A DNA stretch of 64,000 bases from Bacillota bacterium (GTDB lineage: Bacteria > Bacillota > JAAYKD01). Positions within the stretch are counted from its first letter, which is position 1, and each line of letters opens with the position of its first letter. Below the pieces are notes generated by a model. That model saw only the letters and a list, made by a program, of their open reading frames with translations, was not told where the DNA came from and searched no databases. Location of the stretch: the NCBI GenBank assembly GCA_963666425.2, contig OY762825.2, positions 736,001 through 800,000 on the forward strand, written 5' to 3'. A program made the position numbers and the translations under genes. Positions 9,030 to 18,669 of this stretch are shown here, one piece after another.

Positions 9030-9950
9030 ATGAGCTCTTTCAAGAATTTAAGAATTGTCGATAATTTCTATCAGACTTCGGCCTTCTTCCCCATGCCGAC
9101 CGTACTTATCTCAACCCTGGACGATGACGGCAACACCACAATCGGCTCCTACTCGCTTTGCTTCCCTTATTATATTGCAGGCAAAAGCGATTACGCCATG
9201 CTGCTGGAATGCCGCAACAGTTCAAACACCGCCCAAAATCTGCTCAAACGTGGAAAATGTGCGCTGAATTTCATTGAGGATGCGGAAGATGATTTTAAAG
9301 AAGCAGTCCGGCTTGGTTTCCCCGGTGAAACAAGCAAAGAGAAGATGCTTGGCTGCAAATTTGAACTGGAAGCAGGACAGTGCGACGGTAACCGACCGCT
9401 CGTGGTAAAGAAAAGTTATCAGGTGTTTGAATGCAGTTGGGACGACACGCTGGAGCGGGCGTATGAGGATAAAAGCCGCACGGGTCAGCTGGAAGGAATT
9501 GAACCGCCTTACCATGATTTCAATGGCATCACAAGCAAGTTTGGCTGTCATTTTATCCTGAAAATTGATAAGATTTTAATGAAAGAAAAATATTATGACG
9601 CGATTATCAACGGCGTGCGGGCATCAGAATTCCCGCATGTGCCGGTTGATTACGGCTATCGCGATAGTACCAATTTCTGGTACAGCAAATTCAGCCGTCC
9701 GCTGGCTGTAAAGATTCCCGCCGGAAAAGAAGCGGATCTGCAATCAGTGCTCTACGCGGCAAACCGAATGGATGCCGAGATTAAATTCAGCGAAGGTGCC
9801 TGTAAAATGATGGCAAAAGTTCCGCGGGTATTCCTGAAAATGGCGCTGAAGGGCTGCATCGATTGGGCAAGAGAAAACCAGATCAGCCTGATTGACGTCG
9901 AACAGATGCAAATCATCAATGATAAACGTGGCAAAGAAAAAAATCGATGA
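9030..9950 (+). CDS. Flavin-reductase-like (DIM6/NtaB) protein with a C-terminal PCP_red-like helical domain
   Basis: PMPTVLIST.D..G.T.IG.YS, NTAQNL....CALNF; C-terminal KVPRVFLKM; coupled to the marR gene. Confidence 0.6.
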   Translation: MSSFKNLRIVDNFYQTSAFFPMPTVLISTLDDDGNTTIGSYSLCFPYYIAGKSDYAMLLECRNSSNTAQNLLKRGKCALNFIEDAEDDFKEAVRLGFPGETSKEKMLGCKFELEAGQCDGNRPLVVKKSYQVFECSWDDTLERAYEDKSRTGQLEGIEPPYHDFNGITSKFGCHFILKIDKILMKEKYYDAIINGVRASEFPHVPVDYGYRDSTNFWYSKFSRPLAVKIPAGKEADLQSVLYAANRMDAEIKFSEGACKMMAKVPRVFLKMALKGCIDWARENQISLIDVEQMQIINDKRGKEKNR

Positions 9951-10056
9951 GGAAAAGAGAGAATATTTCTTACGGAAACGTAAGAACTGTTCTCTCTTTT
10001 TTTCGGCCGCACCCCGTTCGCCCGCAGCAATGATTGCTGATCGGAAAGAAATCCTC

Positions 10057-10398
10057 TTATGTTTCTCGGACTAAATGGATAAAAAGGTCTTCTCCTCTTT
10101 TTTCTACTGTGGCTTGATCAACCATCGTACCGACCAGATAAAGCTCGTCGCTGCTGTCATTTTCACCGGCCAACTGCCAATAATAACCTTCCACTTCCTT
10201 TTGCCGCGGAGTATTCAAGTTAAATCTCAATCGCTCGATAAAACGCTGATCATGACAACAGTGATGTTGGATCATGGTGATCTCTGTTTTCTGGTTTTGT
10301 TTTTCTATCTTGATATCGATCTCGTTCGATCCATCCTGCAATAACAGCGTCAGTAATTCATCGACGATTAGTGTAATTTTCTTTGTTTCATGCTGCAT
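10057..10398 (-). CDS. Hypothetical protein co-transcribed with the DUF1576 gene
   Basis: ORF with RBS immediately after the upstream stop; R..EVE.YYWQLAGE motif. Confidence 0.7.
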   Translation of the reverse strand: MQHETKKITLIVDELLTLLLQDGSNEIDIKIEKQNQKTEITMIQHHCCHDQRFIERLRFNLNTPRQKEVEGYYWQLAGENDSSDELYLVGTMVDQATVEKRGEDLFIHLVRET

Positions 10399-10405
10399 AC
10401 CTGGC

Positions 10406-11677
10406 TCACTCCCTCTTAAAAGCATCCACGATCGGAACCAAAATTCCGGCTACCAAGCCTCCCGAAAATCCATTATTATAGAGATTAATCCCGCCATGAA
10501 TCACACCGACGTTGGTAACCAAAATCATATGCAGAATTCCGGCAATAAAACCAATCACAGGGCCATAGGTTCCTGCAATCGGCGCTAAAGTTGTAGAAAA
10601 CAGAACCGAAATCACGATACTGGTTGCAGAAAGCTCAAAGCCAAAAAACAAAGCGGTCATGATCACGCCTGCCATCACAGGCCAACAATTTTTCAGGTGT
10701 TTGCCGAAAGCGCCAAAACCTACAACAGTGAAAATACCGGCCAAAACAGGTCCATTCACGGTTCCGCCAACCAGAAAAACATAAAACAAGCTGAGAAAGC
10801 CAAGCATAGACATATTCACGAAGGTTGTGCCATAACCAACCAAGTGCGTAAAATCCGTAATCAGTCTGCCTCTATAGGCAAAGATCTTCGGATAATCCCT
10901 GACGGCGCGGTGATTGATCCAAAGACCTATCGCCATGAGCCCTGTAAAAATCAACAGCAGGAGCCAGAGAATGACCGGGTGATTTTGCTCTGAGACGATA
11001 TAAACCGGTTGAACGGTCACACCGAAACTCCGCAGGATACTGGTTAAAACAGTGCCGATAATACCCGAAGTGAAACCGATATTATAGAGATTATAACCGT
11101 CGTGAAATTTCAGCATATGAGAGGATAAGGGCACAATCACAAAACCAATAAAGACACCTGCCATCATGGCGACTGCGATCGCTGAAGCGGGCGGCAATAG
11201 ACCGGAGAAGCTAATTTCACTGATGATCGGCGCCAATGCCGTACCAAACATCACGATAACGAAAATATCTTTGAAAGAATTCTTCTGGTAGAGCGTATAG
11301 AGAAAGCCGCCAAGATAAATCGGCAGGATATTATACAAATTCTTACCAAAAAAAGAAAAACCAATCGCCGTAAAAAAAGCGGCAATCAAAACCCCGTTGA
11401 TCTTTAAACGATAACGCTGCAGGATCAGAAGATTCATCAGCCCTACCAGACCAACATTGATAAACGCAGCGGCAATCCCACCGACTTTGATAAAATCGGT
11501 GATCAAAATGGTGGGGGACAGAATGATGTTGGCGAAACCTCGAATTGTTTCTCCTAAACTGCCGGAGTTGTTCGCATGAGCAAGGCCAATGATTAAAAAA
11601 AGGATCGGAACTGCCGCGAGGATCAAAAGCAGATGAGAGCGTTCCATGTCTTTTTCATTGAGAGCAGGATAATCCAA
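10406..11677 (-). CDS. DUF1576-family membrane protein
   Basis: Internal duplication: LITDF, GFSFFGK/GFGAFGKH, TALAP/TTLAP, GYNLYN.GF/GINLYNNGF. Confidence 0.85.
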   Translation of the reverse strand: MDYPALNEKDMERSHLLLILAAVPILFLIIGLAHANNSGSLGETIRGFANIILSPTILITDFIKVGGIAAAFINVGLVGLMNLLILQRYRLKINGVLIAAFFTAIGFSFFGKNLYNILPIYLGGFLYTLYQKNSFKDIFVIVMFGTALAPIISEISFSGLLPPASAIAVAMMAGVFIGFVIVPLSSHMLKFHDGYNLYNIGFTSGIIGTVLTSILRSFGVTVQPVYIVSEQNHPVILWLLLLIFTGLMAIGLWINHRAVRDYPKIFAYRGRLITDFTHLVGYGTTFVNMSMLGFLSLFYVFLVGGTVNGPVLAGIFTVVGFGAFGKHLKNCWPVMAGVIMTALFFGFELSATSIVISVLFSTTLAPIAGTYGPVIGFIAGILHMILVTNVGVIHGGINLYNNGFSGGLVAGILVPIVDAFKRE

Positions 11678-11716
11678 TGTTTCGCCTCCTCTTGATGATC
11701 TTTCCTTCTGTAATTG

Positions 11717-11777
11717 TGTGCCAACACCCCCGTCCCCTTGGAACGACTATGTGCCAATACCCCCGTCCCCCTGGAAC
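11717..11777. repeat. Tandem doublet of a REP-like palindromic repeat
   Basis: TGTGCCAACACCCCCGTCCCCTTGGAAC (11717-11744) and TGTGCCAATACCCCCGTCCCCCTGGAAC (11750-11777). Confidence 0.9.
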
Positions 11778-12763
11778 GCACGCTTGGCCCAATCGGAATC
11801 ACGCAGGATTGCTCTGCCGACACCAATGAAATCGGCTTTTCCGGCAGCCAATAGCTGTTCGGCGGCATCCGCTTCTGTAATGCCTCCGGTGAGAAGGATC
11901 GGGATGGTAACCACTTGCTTGATGGCTTCGCTGAGAGGAGCGAAAAATCCCTGCTCATTCGTGCCGCCTGGAATTTGATAACCGCACAAGCCGCCGGAAA
12001 TATCCAAAAGATCGACGCCGGCTTTTTCAAATTCGCGTGCTGCAATTAAGCTGTCTTCGATGGTGGCGCCGCCGCCTTTATAATCGGCTGCCCCGAGCCG
12101 CAGGAGAATCAAGAAATCCTCTCCGACCACTTGCCGAACCGCAGCAATCACCATCAGATGAAAGCGGATGCGATTCTGCACCGTACCACCGAATTCATCC
12201 GTCCGTCGGTTGCAGAGCGGAGAATAGAATTGGTTGAGCAGATAGCCGTGTGCCGCATGGATCTCCACCCCGTCAAAGCCGGCTTCCTTGACGCGTTTGG
12301 CTGCTTTCTGGAAGTCCAGCACAATTTGTTCAATTTCTGCCCGCTCCAGTTCGTGTGGAATATCGCTGCCGCTGCGCGGATGCAGAACCGCAGAAGGGCC
12401 AACTCCGATCGTACCGGTTACTTCCTTTGTGGCCGCACTGCCGGCATGATTGATCTGCATCACACACTTGCTGCCGTTCTGGTGAATGACTTCCGCCAAT
12501 TTTTTCAGATTCGGGACAACCTCATCCTCTGCGACGGAAAGCTGAAATTGACTGGCTTTCCCCTGCAGGGAAATAAAACTGTGTTCAATAATCACGAGGG
12601 CAAGGTATCCCCCTTTGGTTTTCTCCGCATAATAATCCAGGTTGGCCTGATTGACTTTACCATCCGCATCCGCTTTTGAAGTTGCCATCGGCGGCATGAC
12701 CAAACGATTTTTTAACTGCAGCGAACCTACTTGTAAAGACTTGAGTAAAAATGTCATGTGCAT
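11747..12763 (-). CDS. NADH:flavin oxidoreductase (Old Yellow Enzyme family)
   Basis: LKNRLVMPPM, QINHAG, AGFDGVEIHAAHGYLLNQFYSP..NRRTDEFGG, GRAIL. Confidence 0.92.
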   Translation of the reverse strand: MHMTFLLKSLQVGSLQLKNRLVMPPMATSKADADGKVNQANLDYYAEKTKGGYLALVIIEHSFISLQGKASQFQLSVAEDEVVPNLKKLAEVIHQNGSKCVMQINHAGSAATKEVTGTIGVGPSAVLHPRSGSDIPHELERAEIEQIVLDFQKAAKRVKEAGFDGVEIHAAHGYLLNQFYSPLCNRRTDEFGGTVQNRIRFHLMVIAAVRQVVGEDFLILLRLGAADYKGGGATIEDSLIAAREFEKAGVDLLDISGGLCGYQIPGGTNEQGFFAPLSEAIKQVVTIPILLTGGITEADAAEQLLAAGKADFIGVGRAILRDSDWAKRAFQGDGGIGT

Positions 12764-12922
12764 CTCCTCTTCATTCCTTTTTTGTATCGTATTGTCTGAT
12801 TGGAGCTGATTTTTTCTATTTTTCTCGCTGTAAGCGCTGTTTTGCGCACTGTGAGAATTGTGCTGTCTGCCAATCGCAAGCTGCAGAGCCGCAGATGGAT
12901 GCCGCTCTGCTTTCCTCTTTTT

Positions 12923-12968
12923 AAAAAAACCGGGAAAATCTTTTCACTTCTGCAAAGAATTCCCGGTT
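12923..12968 (-). terminator. Terminator after mtnN
   Basis: AACCGGGAA...TTCCCGGTT stem with a U-tract on the minus strand. Confidence 0.6.
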
Positions 12969-12981
12969 AAGATACCTTTAA

Positions 12982-13659
12982 TCAATTCTCCAGCGCAGCA
13001 ACCAGTTCCTGCACCAGCTGCGCTGCCTGATCGGCTGCTTTTTGTTCAAATTCCCGGTAAGTCATGCCGGAAGGATCATCCGCCAGATCGGAAATGGAGC
13101 GAATCACCAGAAAAGGAATGGCATTGATATAAGCAGCGTTGGCTACCGAAGCGCTTTCCATGTCAACAGCCAACGCCGGATAGTCTTTGAGAATCCTTGC
13201 CTTTTTTTCAGGGGAATCGATAAAATCATCCCCTGTTACTGTCAGTCCTCTGTGGTAATCCAGTTGCCGTGCTTTGGCAATTTGTTCCGCGGCTGCCAGC
13301 AAGTGCGGGTCAGAGGCGAAGGATGCCTGATGCGGATAAAAATTGATCATTTGACGCGGCCGGACGTCATGATACGTCACCTGTTCCGCCAATATAAGCG
13401 CTAAACATTTCACATCAGCCGAGAGAGAACCGGCTATCCCGGTATGAATGAGCCGATCGATGTGAAAATGATCCAACATTAACTGCGTGCCGATGGCCGC
13501 ATTCGATTTTCCGATCCCGCAGTTGCCAATTACAACCTCGCGGCCGGACATCTTGCCCAGATAGTACTCGAAGCCATGGATGGTTTCCACCCGTTCCATG
13601 ACCATTGCCTGTAAGAGCAAGTGATATTCCAAAGACATTGCCGAAATTATCCCAAGCAT
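12982..13659 (-). CDS. mtnN: 5'-methylthioadenosine/S-adenosylhomocysteine nucleosidase
   Basis: GIISAM..E, CGIGKSNAA, TGIAG, TGD.FI, VDMES, IRSISDLA. Confidence 0.9.
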   Translation of the reverse strand: MLGIISAMSLEYHLLLQAMVMERVETIHGFEYYLGKMSGREVVIGNCGIGKSNAAIGTQLMLDHFHIDRLIHTGIAGSLSADVKCLALILAEQVTYHDVRPRQMINFYPHQASFASDPHLLAAAEQIAKARQLDYHRGLTVTGDDFIDSPEKKARILKDYPALAVDMESASVANAAYINAIPFLVIRSISDLADDPSGMTYREFEQKAADQAAQLVQELVAALEN

Positions 13660-13799
13660 CGTTTCGCTCCTCACACTTTATTTTCTCTGCTCTGGCTTTT
13701 CTGCCCGGCATCAACCGCGGCTTTGGACTACACCAACCTAACTGGTTTGTCACTGCCAAAGTCTGCAAAGCCAATTCTAAGAACTAATCGTTTCGTTCT

Positions 13800-15398
13800 C
13801 TACTTCTCAGCTTCTCTGCTGCCCCAATTCTTCACAACGGCTTCTTTTAAGTTTTCACTGTCCTTCACCGAAAGCAAACCGAGCGCTTCCAATTCATTGA
13901 CTCCTTCGATTGCCTGCATCCAAAAATCCTTATTTTCCAGCAGATTATGCTCTTCCACAATGCGCAGCAGTTTTGCCGGAGCATCCACCCGATTCAAATA
14001 GACTTCCAACGCATTGGCCATTGCTTCCCAAGCTTTGTCGCGGCAAAGATAGGGAATATTCAAGCGGTTCAATAACGAGGTCAGGAAACCTGTGAACTGA
14101 TTCTTACCTTTCAGACGCCCCGGCGCCAAGACATAATAACTGTTTTGATAAAGCGTGCCGGCTTTGGCTACGATAAAGGGCAGTTCCAAATTAACTTCAT
14201 CCGGTAAATTCGCTCCTACCACGAAACTGCGCTCAATCAAATCCTTACCGGAAGCCTGCACTTTCAGCTGTTCTTCCTGCAAAGCAGCAATCAAAGCTTG
14301 TTCCAGTGTTTTCTGCCGGGCAATCGTAGCTTTCCACTGCAGTTCCGCTTCCTTCAGCTGTTCCTGCATCATTTCCAAAGGACGTCGGGCGATATAGGAC
14401 TGCGCCGATAATTCATCCATCCAGCCGGTTTCCTGTTGATGCAGCAATTCCTCCATGCGGGCAAACTCTTCTTTTCTGTTACTCAATTGCGCCGCATAAT
14501 ATTCCTGCATTGGGCTTTGCAGCTGGCGATAGCGTTCCAGGCTGCTTTGCAGCTGCAGCATTTCCTGCTGCAGCGCATCCATTCGCAGCTTCATTTCGTG
14601 GCTCTGATCAGTCGTAACCTGATATTGTGTATTTAACTGATTGAGTCGCTGCTCGATTTCCGGTTTCAATGATTCGATTTCTTCCTTCAGCAACAGTAAG
14701 GCTTTGTCACGCTGACGGATCAGATATTCCGTGCGCAGCAGAGATTTTTCTTTGATCGCCTGCAGCATTTGATCAATTTTAAAATCTTCCGCACGGTAAT
14801 TTTTTACCCAGGTTTCCAGCGTTTCTTTTTCCTGCAGAATGGCTTCATTCTGCATTCCGGTTAGTAAAGCACCCCAATCCTGCACTTCCAGCGTACGTTC
14901 CTTGCCGAGCACAGCCGGCAAACCAAAGACGGCAGTCACCAAATGGCTGGGATATTTCGGTGGATAAGGAGTAACGACATTTTCTGCAATTTGCAGCAAA
15001 TCACTCTCGTAAGTATCTCCCTGATTGATCTGCAGCACAGTCGTATCGAGTGATCTGGCAGGCGAAACCGATAACTGCAGCTGCTCGCCCATAATATTCA
15101 ACAGGTCAAATAAATAAGCCCGATCCTGATCAAAGACGCGCTTCAGTAAGATCGGCCAACGCACTTGGGTGAGTGCAAGCAAGGTTTCTCCCGCCAACTT
15201 TTCTCTGGGGATGGTATTATCAAACACCCGGCTGTGTACGAGACAAGTTGCGATTGCTTTTTCAACATTGGCACTGACCGGTAAGTCATTCGTGCCAATC
15301 AAAAACGGAAAAATCTGATTCATATCCAACTCCACCTCCACTAATTTTATGCTCGATTCATTAAATGACTGCCGGATAAGGGCAGTGATTTCGCTCAT
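13800..15398 (-). CDS. Hypothetical protein with a long central coiled coil
   Basis: 532-aa ORF, Q/E/L-rich heptad region; no family recognised. Confidence 0.75.
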   Translation of the reverse strand: MSEITALIRQSFNESSIKLVEVELDMNQIFPFLIGTNDLPVSANVEKAIATCLVHSRVFDNTIPREKLAGETLLALTQVRWPILLKRVFDQDRAYLFDLLNIMGEQLQLSVSPARSLDTTVLQINQGDTYESDLLQIAENVVTPYPPKYPSHLVTAVFGLPAVLGKERTLEVQDWGALLTGMQNEAILQEKETLETWVKNYRAEDFKIDQMLQAIKEKSLLRTEYLIRQRDKALLLLKEEIESLKPEIEQRLNQLNTQYQVTTDQSHEMKLRMDALQQEMLQLQSSLERYRQLQSPMQEYYAAQLSNRKEEFARMEELLHQQETGWMDELSAQSYIARRPLEMMQEQLKEAELQWKATIARQKTLEQALIAALQEEQLKVQASGKDLIERSFVVGANLPDEVNLELPFIVAKAGTLYQNSYYVLAPGRLKGKNQFTGFLTSLLNRLNIPYLCRDKAWEAMANALEVYLNRVDAPAKLLRIVEEHNLLENKDFWMQAIEGVNELEALGLLSVKDSENLKEAVVKNWGSREAEK

Positions 15399-15449
15399 AA
15401 CCCCTTTGCCAAGGTTTTTTAACTTGTATTTGACGGTATAATATAAAAA

Positions 15450-16757
15450 TCACCAGTGTTTCAGGGCTTCTATCTGCGCTGAAGCCAGCAATTGCTGTAA
15501 TTTCAAACCTAAGGCAGGTCCTTTTTCCGAGCGGCCGCTGCCATGAATTCCGGCTTGCGCCAAATAAAACGGAATGATCTCCAAAGCATGATCGATCATT
15601 TGCCAGACCGTATGCAATTCCGCTAATCTGCTTTCGCATTGCTCCGGATTTTTGCCCATGATATCGGCTGTTTTAAATAGGTAGAGCTGCCGCAGAAAAA
15701 TGCTCAGTTCCAGACTGTTTTTGAATTCAACGGCGAGGTGATTCAAATAGTCTGTCACCGCCTGCGGCGTCAGCGCCATCGGCAGGCTCATATGCCAGGC
15801 AATCAGCTTTCCCACCTGTTGACGGATTGTTTTCGCTACTTCCCAACCGAGCATTGACTGCTCACAAATTCGGCAGCCCATCAAATCATGGCCATGATCG
15901 CTGGGCTGACAGCTGAACGGATCGATGGAGCGAATCCCCGGCAGCCCTTTGGCGCAGTCGTGAAACATCGCCGCCCAGGTCAGAACATCGTCTTGGGGAA
16001 TTTTCGTTTCCACATAAGTCAGCACAGCCAGCGTATGTTCCCAGGCATTCAAGTGGTGATAGGCCGGATTTTGCGTAACGGTTTCTAAATGGCAGATTTG
16101 CGGCAACACCTTATCCAGCAGCTGACAATCCGCCAGCATGCTCAAGCCCTTGGCCAGAACTCTTTTTCGCACCATTTTGTGCAGCTCTTTGCCGACGCGT
16201 TCCTGCGGGACGCCATCCAGTAAATCAGCAGATTGCATCATGGCCGTTTTGGTGTCTGGTTCCAGGCTAAAATCAAAACGAGCGGCAAACGTGACAGCCC
16301 GTAAAATGCGGATCGGATCTTCCTCAAAGCGCAGTTTTGCTTTTCCTACCGCCCGAATTTGGCGATGGAGGATATCCTGGCGGCCGCCAAACGGGTCCAG
16401 CAAATTCTCGTTGATATCCATCGCGATGGCGTTGATCGTAAAATCACGCCGGGCAGCGTCAGCGGTAAAACTGCTGACTGCATAAACCAGGGGTTTGCCG
16501 GGATCCAGATAGGCTTCGCCGCGAAAAGTGGCCACTTCGGTGCCATCAACCAACAAAACGCCGTATTGTCTCCCCACCGCATTCAGCTTGGCATCCGGAA
16601 ATACCGCGGCGATCTGAGTAGGAATGGCGGAGGTCGCCAAATCGATATCGGAGGCAGTCAGTCCCAACAGATGATCTCTGACACAGCCGCCCACATAATA
16701 AGCAGCGTACCCGGCTGCCAACAAGCGTTGTAAAATCTGTTTTGGCTGTAATGTCAT
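15450..16757 (-). CDS. cca: CCA tRNA nucleotidyltransferase / poly(A) polymerase family protein with HD domain
   Basis: VGGCVRD.LLG...DIDLAT, RRDFTINA, EDPIRILRA, EH...HD.AK; GGAGGTGG RBS. Confidence 0.85.
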   Translation of the reverse strand: MTLQPKQILQRLLAAGYAAYYVGGCVRDHLLGLTASDIDLATSAIPTQIAAVFPDAKLNAVGRQYGVLLVDGTEVATFRGEAYLDPGKPLVYAVSSFTADAARRDFTINAIAMDINENLLDPFGGRQDILHRQIRAVGKAKLRFEEDPIRILRAVTFAARFDFSLEPDTKTAMMQSADLLDGVPQERVGKELHKMVRKRVLAKGLSMLADCQLLDKVLPQICHLETVTQNPAYHHLNAWEHTLAVLTYVETKIPQDDVLTWAAMFHDCAKGLPGIRSIDPFSCQPSDHGHDLMGCRICEQSMLGWEVAKTIRQQVGKLIAWHMSLPMALTPQAVTDYLNHLAVEFKNSLELSIFLRQLYLFKTADIMGKNPEQCESRLAELHTVWQMIDHALEIIPFYLAQAGIHGSGRSEKGPALGLKLQQLLASAQIEALKHW

Positions 16758-16940
16758 CCGTACCACCTCCCCGTCCTCTTTTATTGTTCTAGAAATCAGA
16801 AAAAGATTCCTTCTACCAGATTTACCAATCATCACAAGCATTGCGCAGAAAGTGCATGCAACATTGATCATGTACAATAAAACAACCGGCTTGTGGATTT
16901 CTTAGCTCCATTTAACCGGTCGTTTTGGTCCCTTATTGAA

Positions 16941-17864
16941 TTATCTGTGCGCGCAGCCGATGATTTCTCTGATCGCGCTTACCTTCTCTTTTTGGCACCA
17001 AGCCGCCAAGCCGCCTGCCACTTGACCGATACTGTCCGGTTCCACAAAATTCGCTGTTCCCAAAGCAATCGCACTGGCTCCCGCCATCAGAAAGCTGAGG
17101 GCATCTTCGGCCGTCATGATACCCCCCATGCCGATGATCGGTAATCGGACTGCCTGATAAACCTGATAAACCATCCGCAAGGCAATCGGTCGGATCGCCG
17201 GACCGGATAAGCCGCCAAATGTATTGGCTAAGACCGGTTTACGTAATTTGAGATCAATCACCATAGCTAAGAGGGTATTGATCAAGGAAATCACATCCGC
17301 CCCCTCCGCTTCCACGACTTTAGCCATCAGAGCGATATCGGTCACATTGGGTGACAATTTGACAATCAAGGGAAGCTTTGTATTCCTGCGGGCAGCCCTG
17401 ACAGCCGCCGCAGCAGTTTCCGGTTTGGTACCGAAGGCCATGCCGCCTTCTTTGACGTTTGGGCAGGAAATATTGACTTCCAAAGCGGCAATTCCTGCTA
17501 TTTTATCCAAACGGGCTGCCATTTCGCCGTATTCTTCCGCTGTTTTACCATTGATATTCACGATCAAAGGCACATCCTGCTGCAGCAGCCAGGGCAGTTC
17601 ATCAGTTAAAAAAGCTTCTACCCCAGGATTCATCAAGCCGACGGAATTAATCAGACCGGCAGGTGTCTCAATTAAGCGCTGACCGGGGTTGCCCTGACGA
17701 GGTTCCGGTGTGATACCTTTGACGGTGATTGCTCCCAACTGACGCAAATCGGTCAGATCAGCGTATTCCTGACCGAAGCCAAAGGTGCCGGAAGCAGTCG
17801 TAATCGGGGTCCGAAAGTGAATTCCCGCGATTTCCACGCTCAAATCAACTTGCTTATTCATCAA
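16941..17864 (-). CDS. pyrD: Dihydroorotate dehydrogenase 1B, catalytic subunit
   Basis: TASGTFG, NISCPNVK.GG, VKLSPNVTD, GGLSGPAIRP. Confidence 0.95.
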   Translation of the reverse strand: MMNKQVDLSVEIAGIHFRTPITTASGTFGFGQEYADLTDLRQLGAITVKGITPEPRQGNPGQRLIETPAGLINSVGLMNPGVEAFLTDELPWLLQQDVPLIVNINGKTAEEYGEMAARLDKIAGIAALEVNISCPNVKEGGMAFGTKPETAAAAVRAARRNTKLPLIVKLSPNVTDIALMAKVVEAEGADVISLINTLLAMVIDLKLRKPVLANTFGGLSGPAIRPIALRMVYQVYQAVRLPIIGMGGIMTAEDALSFLMAGASAIALGTANFVEPDSIGQVAGGLAAWCQKEKVSAIREIIGCAHR

Positions 17865-18669
17865 AATCCACCTCTTCCGCCGCTATGACAGGACCTTCCT
17901 GGCAGATCAAAGCATACCGCCAACCGCCATCCGCAGTTTTTAAGCGGACGGTGCAGCCAAGACACGCACCCAGACCGCAGGCCATATGCGCTTCCAATGA
18001 AAGCCAAACCGGAATCGCCAAGCTTTGGGTTTCCTTTTTTAAGGCTTTCAGCATGGGCATCGGACCACAGGCATATACCGCTTTTGTCTGCTGCCGCTGC
18101 AGGTTTTCTCTGAGCTGGACTGTCACATAACCTTGCTTACCACAGCTGCCGTCTTCGGTTGCCAGTTCCAGCTTGACGCCAAGCTGCTGTAATTCCTCCA
18201 GGACCAATAAGTCTGCCCGGCTGCGGCTGCCGTAATAGACAGTAAGACAATAGCCTTTTTGGAGCAAATCCTCCGCCAAAGCGTAAAGCGGTGCAATGCC
18301 GATACCGCCGGCAACCAAAGCAATCTGCTGACCATTCGCTGCCGGTTCGTCCGGCAGAGGAAAGCCGCTGCCTAAGGGTGCTAAGATTTGCAAGCTTTCT
18401 CCGGTTTTGATCGTAGTCAAGGCTTCAGTTCCTCGACCGACCACCTGGTATAATACTTTAAACCTGCCGGTCTCGGTGTCGACCGCATGGATGCTCATTG
18501 GACGTCGCAGCAGCGGATCGTTTAGACCGCTAAGTCTGATATTGACGAACTGACCCGGCTGCATCAAATCGACCAAGTTCTTTTCCGCCAGGGTCAGCAA
18601 CCAATAATTACCTTTGAGATGTTGATTCTCGATCACCAGTGCCGCTTTATTCTGCGCTTTATTTTTCAT
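17854..18669 (-). CDS. pyrK: Dihydroorotate dehydrogenase electron-transfer subunit
   Basis: LRRPMS, GGIGIAP, ACGP.PML, MACGLGACLGC. Confidence 0.93.
   Translation of the reverse strand: MKNKAQNKAALVIENQHLKGNYWLLTLAEKNLVDLMQPGQFVNIRLSGLNDPLLRRPMSIHAVDTETGRFKVLYQVVGRGTEALTTIKTGESLQILAPLGSGFPLPDEPAANGQQIALVAGGIGIAPLYALAEDLLQKGYCLTVYYGSRSRADLLVLEELQQLGVKLELATEDGSCGKQGYVTVQLRENLQRQQTKAVYACGPMPMLKALKKETQSLAIPVWLSLEAHMACGLGACLGCTVRLKTADGGWRYALICQEGPVIAAEEVDFDE

Noticed and set aside
15450-16757. CC-adding-only or poly(A) polymerase assignment
   Set aside because: The EDxxR template motif is present and the flexible loop is near normal length; specificity cannot be refined by eye, so it is left at family level.
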